NCBI GenBank assembly: GCA_002269645.1
Contig: NIVC01001554.1
Location: 1-64,000, forward strand
Length of the DNA stretch: 64,000 nt
Direction: 5' to 3'
From: Macrostomum lignano
Taxonomy: Eukaryota
Part shown: positions 1 to 13,184 of the stretch, piece by piece
Position numbering within the stretch: the first letter of the stretch is position 1
Layout of the letters: the number at the start of each line of letters is the position of its first letter
Notes under the pieces: model-generated
What the model saw: only the letters and a program-made list of their open reading frames with translations
Databases searched by the model: none
Told to the model about the DNA's origin: nothing
Made by a program: the position numbers and the translations under genes

Positions 1-668
1 AAGACATGATAGTGCATGCCAAATTTAATCCATCACGAGGCTTTAATCCAGATGGCTCAAGTAGAATGTTACACCAATTTAGTAGCTTTGGTTTCATAAC
101 ACTTGTTTTCTAAGCTAACCCCAATTATTTGTTTAAAAAATGATGGCCAAGAGCAAAAATAGTAACAGGTTAAGCCTGCAATGGGCTAATAATGCTAATT
201 ATTATCTTGTATAGAATGAGCTTTTATAGGAAGGTTTGTTACAAGTGTACTGGCTACTAACATAAACAAACAAAACTTATTGAAGCAAGCAGTTATGTCA
301 ATAGACAAACAATTGAAATGCTCTAAACAAAACATTCCAGTAGAATTGAGGTATTTTTTCTTTTGTAAATTTATTTTGCACCGAAGCCTTTCTACTTAGA
401 GTAGCAGTTTAGTATGCGAGTAGCGGTTTATGAGTAGACCATATATATTTCAGTTGTTTGGTTTAAAACTTTTCTACTTAACCAATGGCTTGAGAAATCC
501 CGAGAATCGGTGCTTGTATAATTTTCATTTTCATTATAGTTTTATCACACCAATTGTACGAGAACCATATCTACTAAATCATTTTTAACAGACATGTACC
601 GCAAGCCTACTAACAGTAGTTCATGCTAGACACTAAAATGGACATTTTTCAATCGAAATTATTTATAG

Positions 669-1328
669 GTTCGACCAGTGCCTACACGAATCGAGAAGCT
701 GGTGCACTTGCAGAAGTGTCTGACAATGCCAAGTGGACTGCGTAAGTCCCTGCACATGCACATGATGTGGTGCGAGAGAAATGAAACTTGATTTTAATCA
801 ACAGCATTGAATCCCGCAGCCAACCCGGTGCTGGACCGGTTTGTCCGGCTGTGCCTGTTTGACGGCCAGGGCCCCGTGTCCAATGTGCATACCGTCCGGG
901 CCACCGTGACGGCCAAGGACGACCGCACCTGGACATTCAGTACCCGGGTCACCGACACCAGCTCCGGCTTAGACTACGGCGAACTGTACCTCCGCTACAA
1001 CTTCGGGCAGAACAATGTTCAACTGCTCATTGAGGCCACCGTGGTGTGCAAAATCGAGGTGAGTACAGCAGCTCTCATGGCTCACTGGCTGCTTGGCTCG
1101 ATTTTCACTGCTAATGAATTCAATGCCGATTGCGAAATTTCAGACATCCGAGCCTATAGAGCTGAGCATCGGTCACGTGACTGTGCCGCTGTTCGATGAG
1201 AACGGAGGGCCCCTGCCGGCTAAGTGAGTCTGTCCAAGGACGACTGAAGTAACGTGTATATCTACTTAAGTAGTCCTTGAGTCTGTCTTGTCTGTCTGCC
1301 TGTCTGTCAGTCTGTCTGTCTTAGTGGC

Positions 1329-1376
<48 letters not shown>

Positions 1377-4300
1377 AGCCATCTACTTCAAGTAAACCCT
1401 TTCCACTATCCACAGAGGGTTCGATCTGCAGTTCGAAGGAGGCTCACCTTTTGATCGCCAACAAGAAGTGGACTCGAGGCTCGGTAGGCATACCCAACCA
1501 TATTTCAGTGTTACTAAATATAGAAGTATAAATTCAGCTTTCCACCTGGTGCCATCAATTTCAATCGATCGATTAATCGTGAACCGGAATGCCCCCTGTA
1601 CCAGGCGAATTCAGTGTCAAGGAAGTGACGTGGGGCGATTCGCAGCCCGCAGTTGTTGGTAAATTATCAGTGGCTGAGGCACGGAATTTTTCATAATCCT
1701 AAACAACAACCCAACCCGCTGTACACAGCTTTTTCAAGTAGCTACGGGGGTGTCCAGAATAGCCCGGACACTTGAAATCCCAAAGCTAAAGCGGAAGCTG
1801 TTGCAAACAATTTTTGTGTCATTTTAAAGCGACAGCCCACTTTTTATCAGAGGCAGGGGGACTGTGTGCACCCTGGCGCACTTTAAGCGACATTGTCACA
1901 CAACCGGCGAGAGGCATTGCTGCCCATTCCGCCGACTCCCCTGAGCAGCACACAAGCGCGCGGATACGTACGTTTCATATGCACAGGCACACACTCACAC
2001 AGGAGTGTACAGCGGCCCTAACTTTATTTATCGCTAGGCATGTACACTTCACTGCGCCTTGGGGGTTGGCCCTCAAGGCCGTTAATTGCACGAGCAGAGC
2101 CATGCCGAGATTCCAATTCAGCCCCAAATTAACGTGGACTGCACTTGGAGTCGAGCCTGGGCCGCTGGCACATCAGAGCGCCGCGCCAGACCACTGGGTT
2201 TCGGACCCCAAAATATACGAGACTTAATTTATTAGCTCGTAGTAAGAGAAATGTGCCGCTTTAAAATGCAACAAAAATTGTGTCTGTTGCGGTTTCCGTT
2301 TCTGTTCGCATGGGGATTAAAAGTGCCAGAATTTTTCGGACGCCCCGTCGTACAAGAATGCTTTGCTGCACGAATCTTGATAATTTCTCTGTGTTAAAGT
2401 TTCTAGTTTTGAAAAGATTATGCATGCCAAGAATTTAAATTAGGATTTCTCGTTTGTCATTAGCCTAAATGGACCGTTTTTAAAGAATTTTTCAAGTTTT
2501 CACAACTGCATACTTATTGCAAATTTGATTATTTATTCAGAGTTTACTGGTGCTATAGAGTCGGGGGACGGGTCGATACTGAAATCCAAGCACCAACCGT
2601 TAGAAAATTGCAAATATGATTTTATAAATTTTGCTAATGTGGTTTTTGTGAAACCAAATTGCAAATGGACCCCGCAACCGTTCAGGTCAGTCCGGAGCCC
2701 AGACCAAGGCTCAGCCCAAGCCGCATATCCAGCTGAAGCTGACTGCGCCCAACAAGGAGACAAAGGAGTTCATGGAGTGAGTTATGATTGGAATTTGGTA
2801 TCTGCATTGGTTTTGTTATAAATTTCAGATTCAAGCTGGCTGAGATCTGTGATCTGGGATCTGGTATCCGGGATCTGGCATCTGGGATCTGGTATCTGGG
2901 ATCTGGGATCTGGTATCTGGGATCTGGGATCTGGGATCTGGGATCTGATATCTGGGATCTGGTAGCTAGGATCTGGTACCTTTGATTTGGGTTATGGTAC
3001 CTTTGATCTAGGATCTGAGACCTGGGATCTGGGATCTGGTATCTGGGATCTGGGATCTAGTATCTGGGATCTGGGATCTGGGATCTGGGATCTGGTATCT
3101 GGGATCTGGTATCTAGGATCTGGTACCTTTGATTTGGGATATGGTACCTTTGATCTCAGATCTGAGACCTGGAATCTGGGATCTGGTATCTGGGATCTGG
3201 GATCTAGTATCTGGGATCTGGTATCTGGGATCTGGTATCTGGGATCTGGTATCTAGGATCTGGTACCTTTGATTTGGGATATGGTACCTTTGATCTATAG
3301 GATCTGAGACCTGGGATCTGTGATCTGGTACCGTGAAGCCATGCATCTTGTCCAGAGGTTATCTCGCAGCTGTTTTGCACCCCGGATAATGCTGCCATTT
3401 CAGTCTCTGTCCAACAACAATCCTGGGCAACTTGGCCCATCTGCAGCTGCACAGTCTGTACAGACACGTTCTGGCATCGGAGCTGAGCCTTAACAACCAG
3501 GCTATTGAGCACGGAGCCAACGCAATCTATGCGCCTCATCTGGTCCAGTTCCCCTCTATGGCTGATCAACCAGACGTTATGGATGTCTTGCGGGTGAGCC
3601 GCAATTCGCTGTTACTGCCATTTTACTGTTGTGGTGCTGAGGTGGATCGGTGCTGAGGTGGGTCAGTGCTGACGTTGGGTTGGTGCTGAGGTGGGGTGTT
3701 GATACTCGTACTCTGGGGTTATTTATAAAGCTGTTTGCGTTCAACTACAGCACAATATATGTACATGACAGTACGAATTTCCACCTAAAAACCTTACTTG
3801 CAGAGACGCTGGAACGAATTTGCAAAACGAGAGCGCGCCTTCCGAGTGAGATGCTTTCTGGTCTTAAAACTTAAAAAATCATTCTTGGTCCTTGCTATAG
3901 CACATATAAACTTTTTATTGGAATTTGCACCTCCCAGAAACCAGCTGCCACAGAAGTGATGAAGCAGGAGTTCATTCGCATCGTGAAGTCCACTTACTTC
4001 ATCAATCAGCTGAAGGATTTTCAACCCTACGTGTTTGGGAACAAGAATCAGGAACAGGTGACTGCACTTGCTAACTACCAAATTCTGTTGTTGGGACTGC
4101 TTTCTGCTGTTGTTGAAAGAAAAAGTTTCCTAGCCTATAAATGATATGTCAAGGATTATTGGGAATCTGGGAATTGCTGAGATGTCAAGGCTTGCTGGGG
4201 GAATTGCTGAGATGTCAAGGCTTGCTGGGGGAATTGCTGAGATGTCAAGGCAAATGTTGATTCACATAAATAAATTTCATCCGTTGCTTATTGGCCTCCC

Positions 4301-4581
4301 GAAGGGGGCACTAGATTGCTAGTCCATATACTAAAAATGGTGTCGGTAGGTATGTGTGCCGCCCCAAAGGGGGGCGCTATATAGATTGCTAGTCCTATAC
4401 TATGAGTTTAATTAGTCAAATAAATTGCATGCACAAGCATTCCCTCGCACCGCAGTTCCGAGCCAACGCTATTCAAGATTTTCTAAGACGAATTGCCTCA
4501 GACCAGAGCTCGGTGAGCTACAGCCTGTCGTCCGACCTCATCTTCGAGCCATTCTCCATGGAAGAAGTCGCCCTGCCATGA
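669..4581 (+). CDS. NPHP1: Nephrocystin-1, 3' part (5' end upstream of window). Exons 669-741, 820-1058, 1144-1223, 1416-1483, 2686-2776, 3404-3593, 3804-3845, 3938-4057, 4456-4581 (stop TGA)
   Basis: All junctions are GT-AG and phases add up (1029 nt). Translation 'DRFVRLCLFDGQGPVSNVHTVRAT..TWTFS', 'ELSIGHVTVPLFDENGGPLPAK', 'FPSMADQPDVMDVLR', 'FEPFSMEE' tracks the recalled NPHP1 C-terminal region (RHVRLCLFDG..SNIHTVRATW..TWTFS; ELSCGW..LFD; EQPDVMDALR; HEPFDLSE). Confidence 0.9.
1285..1376 (+). repeat. (TCTG)n microsatellite in an NPHP1 intron
   Basis: Run of tgtc/tctg tetramers. Confidence 0.95.
1745..2350. mobile_element. Tc1/mariner-like MITE (~600 bp) with a SINE nested inside, in an NPHP1 intron
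   Basis: Left end TA-cgggggtgtccagaatagcccggacacttgaaatccc. Reverse complement of right end TA-cgacggggcgtccgaaaaattctggcacttttaatccc. A second inverted block ttgtgtcattttaaagcgac / gccgctttaaaatgcaacaa lies inside. Confidence 0.6.
1844..2209 (-). mobile_element. tRNA-derived SINE, family A, copy 1
   Basis: Reverse complement of 11879-12248 along its whole length. tRNA-like head with A box (..CAGTGG) and B box (GGCTCGACTCC). Confidence 0.85.
2845..3330 (+). repeat. 7-bp tandem repeat (GGATCTG/GTATCTG) with higher-order variants, NPHP1 intron
   Basis: Repeated tctggga/tctggta. The block 'taccttt gatttggg..' recurs. Confidence 0.95.
4160..4252 (+). repeat. Three copies of a 30-bp unit (gggaattgctgagatgtcaaggcttgctgg)
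   Basis: Direct tandem copies in the last NPHP1 intron. Confidence 0.9.
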
Positions 4582-5315
4582 TTGGCCGGTTTTCCGTGCC
4601 CGTGCTGCCAGTCAGCTTGGAGTGAATGCGGAGTCAGTTTGAGCCTGAGGATTGGTGATGAATTGCAGCTACGAGTAAATTGTGCTCTGCATGCACCCTG
4701 AAGAGCATCTATGATAATAATTTGTTGAATTTTTATGCCAGTTTAGGTTAACGCAGCTAAGAATGGGCTACAGACATCACGAGCATGAATTATTGTCTAT
4801 AATGCCACATGACAGAATCGTCTGTGACGATATGTACTACTAACAGTAATGCACACATGCACCAGCTTACATACATCAGATTTTCCTTAAGGTTTGGTCT
4901 GTAACACTTAAAACGTAATTAAAACTAATTTGTAATTAGGATTACAAAGTATAATTTTTTACAAAAACCATATGTTTAAATTCTGTTCAAGCTGCGCTTA
5001 CACCTGCTTTTATGCTTAACGTAATGTTAAATATTATAACCTAATTAATTTACTAGCTTTAATAAAAAAAATTCGTTGAAAATTTTCTGAATAAAATTTT
5101 TGACAAGAATTATAGAAAGTTCTCTCATTTACTCACACATGAACTGCTCAAGCTGAAAGACGTACGCTATACACTTGATTTTCTTAGAAATGAGCTGCTG
5201 GTCCGGCGGTAGGAACCTCTGAGAGTAGTATCGCTAGTGCATTTAGCATATTTCAGATTGCAGAGAATCATAAGAATCATTCACCATGCTCAAACTTCAA
5301 TGACCAGCTACCACA

Positions 5316-5726
5316 GGGGTGCTTTCATAAGGTCGAAATTTCACAAGGTCGAAAAGTAAATTATTTCACAAGGTCGAAACTTCACAAGGTCGAAACTTCA
5401 CAAGGTCGAAAAGTAAATTATTTCACAAGGTCGAAACTTCACAAGGTCAAAATTTCAAAACATCGAAAACTTTAGCAAAGGACTTCATAAGGTCGAAATT
5501 TCACAAGGTCGAAATTTCACAACGTAGAAAACTCAAATGGCAGCCACTTTCACAAGGTCGAAATTTCACAAGATCGAAATTTCACAACACCGAAAACTCT
5601 AGCAAGAGCTTCATAAGCTCGAAATTTCACAACGTCGACAATTTAATATAACAAGAACCATACAGTAGTTTTCTACGTTGTGAAATTTCGACCTTGTGAA
5701 ATTTCGAGTTTGTGAACCCCCCCCCC
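5316..5726. mobile_element. Foldback-type MITE with internal ttcacaaggtcgaaa arrays
   Basis: Ends GGGGTGCTTTCA...TGTGAACCCC, inverted subterminal arrays, flanking duplication CTACCACA (5308-5315 / 5727-5734). Confidence 0.75.
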
Positions 5727-7574
5727 CTACCACACAACGAAGCATTTTTAACAGACAAGATTTCAAGAAAGCCAAACCTCTCTTAATTCAATTACGTACG
5801 AGCTATAAAGTACATAAGTATGGATGAATGTGCATGTTATAGAGTAGCAATAATTGCAGATAGCCGTGATAGCCTATTGGGCTGAATAATTTGCAGCTTT
5901 ATGTCACCTTCAAGCGAATAAAACAGCATCTCATCAAGGATCCGGAGCCTAACGAAAAAATTCATTTGATGGTTTGGTTCTTCTTAACACAAAGCATAAA
6001 TATTAATTAAACTATACATGCACATTGTATATGAATTTGGACGCGTATACATGTATATGGAATAAATCGGTGGTCTTATATTTTTGCATGTGCATGCATG
6101 TACATGACGCATGTTTAACATTTCATAATGTATACATAAATAAGAATAGATGCATTATATATACAAATCAATACCTATAACATAATATACATATGTACGC
6201 TTGTACAACATGTATTCGCCGATTCTATATCGCAAAAGTATCCAAGTTTAAATTTAAGTTTATACACTCGTGGTAGGGAGCGACACACAGGGGGAAGGGG
6301 CGCGGGAGGGGTGCATGGTCGCCCCCTATTCGGCGGAGACCTGAAAAAGTGAAAGTGGGGAACCAAGCGCATTTTCGATAAAACACAGAGACACCCTTCT
6401 GCACCCACTACTTTTGCGTCTTTTATACCTTTCCACAGAATCCAACGTACCTTAACATTTCTGGTTGCATTACTTTTGGTGGGCTTACCAGGTGGGCCTA
6501 TACCTTGCATGCATGAATGATAACTGTATTATCACTATATGCGAATATTATGGAAATGTAGAGTGTAGTATGTTATCGCAGAAGTTGTAGGAATACTTTG
6601 CTATATGTTACAATAACAATTTGCATGTAATACGTATTAAGTAAATGGCAATAAGAATGTACTAAAAGAGCCGAATGGTTTTATTCTTGACTATGATGAA
6701 AATTCAATTCAGTGGTTATGCTAACTTATACTGTTACAATACAATGCCACTGCCGAAAACTAATTATCGAAACGAACAAATCTTCCACAAAACGTTTTCA
6801 ATATTGATGTGGCAAAAACCTTTACCATAATAGACGGTAACAAAAATTTTCTCTTATAAGTTTTAATTTTTAATGCGAAATTAAATAAGTAATAAATTTC
6901 AGTATTCTTGATTTCATACGAGTTTTATTTGGTTTAACACGCTGTCAGGTATACGTACCTATTTAACGTGTTAAGAGTCATTCACATTTTTTACTCCTCC
7001 AGCCAGCTCACCAGCTATTTGATCAATGATCAATCTTCGAAGCCTGCTAAATAATCTGCAGCAAGAGCTGCTAGAAGAACCTAGCTATTTACTTTCTTTC
7101 TCGTTTTTCATTAGTGGGATACTTACTAGCTGAATTTAAGTTATTTTTTTCCAATTATGCTAATTGCTAAGTTTAAGAGATGGCTAAGAGAATTTGGGCT
7201 AGGGAAACATTTATTCTAGGAAATCTAAGCCTATTCATACTCATTCGTTTTTTTAAAAAAGTACTAGACGAAACGAGAGGACTAAGTCTAAGAACTAATA
7301 GATATCAAACACTCGAAAATTGGTTTTAGTTAAATTAGGCCGTATTTAGTTTGTCAATGTGACAACTTTGTAGCTAATTCAATGTTGAATAATCTACACT
7401 AAACACTAATCTATAGTATACGACAGACAAGTCATCCCATTTATTCAGCAAGCTACCTTGGTTTGGGCTAGGGGTCACAAAATCTTGTATTCTGTCAATC
7501 CCAGATTCCAGGATCCCAGGATTAGGAAATGTCAAATCCTAGGATCCTGGGATTATCCTGGGATGGATATTTTC

Positions 7575-8194
7575 TAGTGTTCTACCATAATTATGGCTAT
7601 GGTTGCAAGAAAATTCAGGTGGAACTTTTTTGAGCAAAATTTGGTTACAGATTGCAGCTATGGAGATCTTGCCAATTGGTGGCTACGGTTATGTATTATG
7701 GAGATGTGGAGCACCATACATAATTTCCTATAACAATATAAATTAAATACAAAGTCTCTTTTTTGTAAAGAAAAGTTATTTTAATTTAAATTTTTATAAT
7801 CTTGGCTAATTAGATAGATACATTACTGGCTATCTCAAATAAAATGTGTTGATATTTATTGTACCTAACTAAATCTATTATACTAAAATCTCATACTAAA
7901 ATAGATTTATACTAAAAGAGATAATAAGACTCTTTATATTATACTAAAATTACTAAATTTTTGCTTTTTGCTTTTTGCTTGATCTTGCTTTCACTTTGGC
8001 TTTACATTTTTGCTTTTAGCATTGGAAATTTATGGTTTTTGTTAATTTTGTTAATTTTTAATATGGCTATAGGAAAATTTGAAATACGGAGATTTGACTA
8101 TCTAAAACATAACAAATTGTGACTATGGAGATAGCATGATAAATTCAGTATAGCTATGGCTATGGAGGTACAAAGGTATGGTGGTAGAATACTA
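7575..8194. mobile_element. Possible hAT-like MITE
   Basis: Ends TAGTGTTCTACCA / TGGTAGAATACTA with internal GGCTATGG repeats. The target-site duplication is not exact. Confidence 0.4.
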
Positions 8195-8579
8195 TTTTTT
8201 CCAATACTATCCTTGTCATAACATTGTTATAATATTATAAAAATGCTACAAATGACATTTTTATAATGCATACAAATATGTTAGGAGCTAAAGGTTATAA
8301 GGTTATAAGGTTAAAGGTTAATCTGCTATTATAAATAAAAGACTTAATGTCTTGCTAATTGCTTTGTTATTATTTAATGTATACCCAATGGATAAGCTTA
8401 TTTTCTATTTATATTTAGACAATGATAATTTGGTTTGATTTTTACTTACTCTACCCTTGCCTTATCCTTTTCAAAGCTTTCTTTAATTGCTGATTTGGTT
8501 AACTCAAACTTATACTTTAGTTGATTTTTCTGGTCTAGTATCTATGTACCCTTACCTACCATATACATTGTCTTAGGCA

Positions 8580-8985
8580 TCTAATTTATTGATTTAGTCC
8601 AATCCTACTCAATCCCCACCCTACTCTAGGTCTTCTCTAATTGGCTGATTTGGTCTATTTGCATCTATTGATGCTTTCCCTGATTGGCTAATATGCTCTT
8701 TCTTTCTGTCCTAGGCCTTTTCTAATTGGTTGATTTAGTCCAACTCCATTATATCCCCACCCTGTTCTAGCTCCTCTAATTGGCTGACTTGGTCCAATTT
8801 CGACCTTTCCTACCCACCCTGTTCTAGCTCTTCTCTAATTGGCTGATTTGGTCCAATTTCTGCCTATCCTACCCACCCTGTTCTAGCTCTTCTCTAATTC
8901 GCTGATTTGGTCCAATTTCTGCCTATCCTACCCACCCTGTTCTAGCTCTTCTCTAATAGGCTGATTTGGTACAATTCCTCCCACA
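8580..8985. promoter_or_regulatory. ~59-bp tandem repeat carrying CCAAT boxes directly upstream of the DPAGT1 ATG
   Basis: Units ctctaATTGGctgatttggtCCAATttc. The reverse strand reads AGCCAATTAG, close to the NF-Y consensus. Regulatory role is inferred. Confidence 0.5.
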
Positions 8986-9001
8986 CTGCCGTTGATTGTT
9001 C

Positions 9002-11440
9002 ATGGCCTACTCCGATTGGCTGATTGGCGTCTCAGCCGGCTTGTGCGCCGTCGGATTCGCCAGCCTGACCTGGCTGATGCCCCGCTGCCGTCAGCTGTTC
9101 CTGGACGCCGGCCTGTCTGGCCGGGACATGGCCAAGAAGGACGGCCGGGTGATTCCGGAAGCGCAGGGTGTGCTGGCCGGCGCAGTGTATCTCTGCCTGC
9201 TATTCGCCTTCATTCCGCTGCCATTCGCCGACGCTATGCTAAACAATCCTGTGGACTTTCCGCACGCCGATTTTGTACTATTCATCACCGCATTGCTCTG
9301 CGTCTGTTGCATGCTATTTCTAGGCTTCGCCGATGACGCATTGAATCTGCGCTGGCTAGTAAAACTAGTGCTACCCTGCGTGGCCTCCCTGCCTCTGTTG
9401 ATGGTGTATTATGTCAATCGCGGCTGGACTCGGGTTGTTGTGCCTCTACCGCTTCGGCCTCTGCTAGGCGTTGAGAGCTGCGAGCTTGGGCCGCTGTACT
9501 ACGCCTACATGGGCATGCTGGCCGTATTCTGCACTAATGCTATTAATATCTATGCCGGAGTTAACGGCCTGGAATCCGGCCAGAGCTTGCTGATTGCCGG
9601 CTCCCTCGTTGTTTTTAACGCTCTCGAGGCTGGCGGCGAGTTCGCCTACTGGCACCGGCTGTCGCTGCACCTGCTGCTGCCCTATGTTGGTGTGTGCGCC
9701 GCGCTGTACAGATTCAATCGCTACCCGGCCCAGGTGTTTGTTGGCGATACATTCTGCTATTTCTCCGGCATGCTGTTCGCCGTTGCTGGCATTCTCGGGC
9801 ACTACAGCAAGACTTTGCTGCTGTTCCAGCTGCCTCAGGTGGCCAATTTTGCCCTGTCAATGCCGCAGCTGTTCCGCCTGGTGCCGTGTCCAAGGCACCG
9901 CCTGCCCAGGTTAGTCTCGGCTTTGCTTCGATCTGTCATAACCGGTGCTTTGCTCAAAAGCAACCGGAATTTCCAACCATCCTGGAAACTTAGGTTTCTA
10001 TTATTCTAGCAACCGGTATTTCCACGTTAGCAACTGATATTTCCATGTTAGCAACCAGTATTTCCATCCTAGCCACCGGTATTTCCATGTTAGCTACCGA
10101 TATTTCCATTCTAGCAACCAGTATTTCCATGTTTGCTACCGATATTTTCATTCTAGCAACTGGTATTTCCATCCTAGCAACCGGTTTTTCCATGTTAGCA
10201 ACCGATATATTTTTATTCTAGCAACCGTTATTTCCATGTTAGCAACCGGTATTTCAATCCTAGCAACCGGTATTTCCATGTTAGCAACCGGTATTTCTAT
10301 CCTAGCAACCGAGCAACCGGTATTTCAATCCTAGCAACCGGTATTTCCATTCTAGCAACCGGTATTTCAATCCTAGCAACCGGTATTTCCATGTTAGCAA
10401 CCGGTATTTCTATCCTAGCAACCGGTATTTCCATGTTAGCAACAGATATTTTCATCCTAGTAACCGGTATTTTCATCCTAGCAACCGGTATTTCCACCCA
10501 ACAACCGGTATTTCCATTCTAGCAACCGGTATTTCCATGTTAGCTACCGATATTTCCATTCTAGCAACCAGTATTTCCATCCTACCAACCGGAGTATTTT
10601 CTTCCTAGCAACCGGTATTTCCATCCTAGCAACCGATATTTCCATGTTCGCAACCGGTATTTCCACCCAGCAACCGGCATTTCAATTCTAGCAACCGGTA
10701 TTTCCACCCAGCAACCGGTATTTCCATTCTAGCAACCGGTATTTTCATTCTCGCAACCGGTATTTCCATTCTAGCAACCGGTATTTTCATTCTCGCAACC
10801 GGTATTTCCATTCTAGCAACCGGTATTTTCATTCTCGCAACCGGTATTTCAATTCTAGCAACCGGTATTTCCATTCTATCAACCGGTATTTCAATTCTAG
10901 CAACCGGTATTTGCATTCTAGCAACCGGTATTTCCATTCTATCAACCGGTATTTCAATTCTAGCAACCGGTATTTGCATTCTAGCAACCGGTATTTCCAT
11001 CCTAGCAACCTGAGGGCTTTATAAATTTGAAGTATCAAGGATCTGAGCGATCAAAATGGCTGAAATACACACCTTTATTCAGTCCAGACTGGCAACAAAA
11101 CCAAAATAATTGATGCAGATTCGACCCGGCCAAAGATCAGCTGCAGCCGAGCACGGTGGAATTCTGTCCCGCCCGGCTCAGCCTGCTCGGCCGGCTCTGC
11201 TACCTGGTTGCTAGCAGGATTCTCGCGCCGCTGCGACTGGTCGCGTGCAAAGTTGAACTGCACGACGGCGAAGAACGGGCCAGCATGACCAACCTCACCC
11301 TCATCAACGCCGCTCTGGTTCTGTTCGGCCCGATGCACGAGGCCAAGTTAACCAGGCTGCTGCTTGCTCTGCAAATCGCCTGCACTGCGCTCGCCTTTGC
11401 CGTTCGCTATCCGGTTGCCAGGCTCTTCTACGGCGCTTAA
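9002..11440 (+). CDS. DPAGT1: UDP-GlcNAc:dolichyl-phosphate GlcNAc-1-phosphotransferase (GPT/ALG7). Exons 9002-9909 and 11119-11440, 409 aa
   Basis: Motifs FLGFADD, PLLMVY, NAINIYAGVNGLESGQ, VFVGDTFCYF, CPRHRLPR and MTNLTLIN..GPMHE..RY..RLFY match the family. Phase-2 GT-AG intron. Confidence 0.97.
10005..11010 (+). repeat. 21-bp minisatellite (ctagcaaccggtatttccatt) filling the DPAGT1 intron
   Basis: About 45 tandem copies. The MEIPVAR-repeat ORFs are its by-product. Confidence 0.97.
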
Positions 11441-11878
11441 TAAAAGTATGCACAGACCTAGAAATCAATTAGAAACTGCTACTGCTAAGGTAAATAATAA
11501 CCGAAATGGACGCCACTCAGCACATTTGCGCATAAGCTACTTTCAGTTCAGTAGGCAGTTTAAATAGAAGCATTTTTGGTGTATTTTTTAAGACGAGACT
11601 CATTTATTGGCCCTCTTACTCTCCCCCAGCCGCTCGATTTTTATTGCCCTACTCGGTGTTGCAGCCTAAAGCTAGCATGTACATTGTCAGTGGCTGTGGA
11701 TGGCTAATGTTATTACGGCTGTTACATTAATATTAATCTATTTTAGTATCATAAAAAAGAGGACGCATCCCGCCTTGCTACTGAGCTAAAAGTAGAGACA
11801 CTGTTTCAGCCAGCCAGTGTGCCCGAGCGGCCCATCCAGTTATTTCGAGCGTAGAGTGCGACTGTTACACAAAAATAC

Positions 11879-12248
11879 AGGAGCCGTAGTGCAGTGGTCT
11901 GGCGCGGCGCTCTGATGTGCCAGCGACCCAGGCTCGATTCCAAGTGCAGTCACACGAATTTGGGGCTGAATTGGAATCTCGGCTTGGCTCTGCTCGTGCA
12001 ATTAACGCCCAGCTTGAGGGCCAACCCCCAAGGCACAGTGAAGTGTACATGCCTAGCGATAAATAAAGTTAGGGCCGCTGTACACTCCTGTGTGAGTGTG
12101 TGCCTGTGCGTATGACTGCGTACGTATCCGCGCGCTTGTGTGCCTGCTCAGGGGAGTCGGCGGAATGGGCAGCAATGTCTCTCGCCGGTTGTGTGACAAT
12201 GTCGCTTGAAGTGCGCCAGGGTGCGCACAGCCCCTGCCTCTGATAATA
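11879..12248 (+). mobile_element. tRNA-derived SINE, family A, copy 2
   Basis: GAGCCGTAGTGCAGTGG (A box), GGCTCGATTCC (B box), followed by a body shared with 1844-2209. Confidence 0.85.
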
Positions 12249-13184
12249 CTTAGGCAGACTGATGAAATGTGTTGTGACATTTTCACCTATACAACAGTTA
12301 AATTTTAAATTATCTTACTTCACAGATGATTATGATATTTGGGCTCAGTAATGCGATGATGATACTAGTCCTTTTGCATTGCTTTATAGCACTGCTCGGA
12401 GAAAGCCCAGGTTTCTTATTTAGTCATAAAAATTTGAAATGCTAAGCAAGCTTGTATTCATTGTCTAAGCTCGATATGACACGAGTAGCTTACCGTTATT
12501 CGGATTCTGTTTCATGAATACAAACTATTGTCTGTTTCAATGCTGTAATAATGAATGAATTTCTATATTTAATATTTTATCTATAGTACAGATAATAGTA
12601 CATTCGCTAGAGAGAAAAGTTCTTTTATAATAGTCTTACATTAACGCAGATTTCTATTCATCTAGAATTTCGCCGTGTAGTTCTGATTTAATAAGCAATT
12701 TTAATGACTCACTAGGTAAAGTAATAAACTTTATTTGTATGCAAATTATTAGCTGGCAGATCCACCGTGCCAAGGACTGCCCTGACTGGTTTGCAATTAA
12801 AAGTACATTATGTTGCCTGTCTATTGTTTAGTCAGTTGCCAATTATTTTTAATATTCTGATGAATGTAACACAGTATGATTCTCTTGGCACTGACGACAT
12901 GCCATTCTGCTATTAATAGAATTGTGCGTATTGCCGTTCCGAATCAAATTTCTATATGTGCATTGCTGACATTAATTAAATATTTTACCTTCTAGATAGA
13001 GCTGTTTTACAGCATTTGGTTACAGGGTTTGCGTATTGTCTGTCTTCTTATTTAATGTATTCAATTCTGACTTCGAAATCGTGGGCAGTTAGGCGTAGTA
13101 GCAACAGGACGGGTCCCAGACTCGATTTTTCTACGAGAGATCTTCGTATTTGTGACATTGACCCTAGAACTTACATGTGTTTCC

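Noticed and set aside
9990-11038. MEIPVAR-repeat ORFs on the - strand
   Set aside because: 21-bp array with no cleavage sites, signal peptide or unique flanks.
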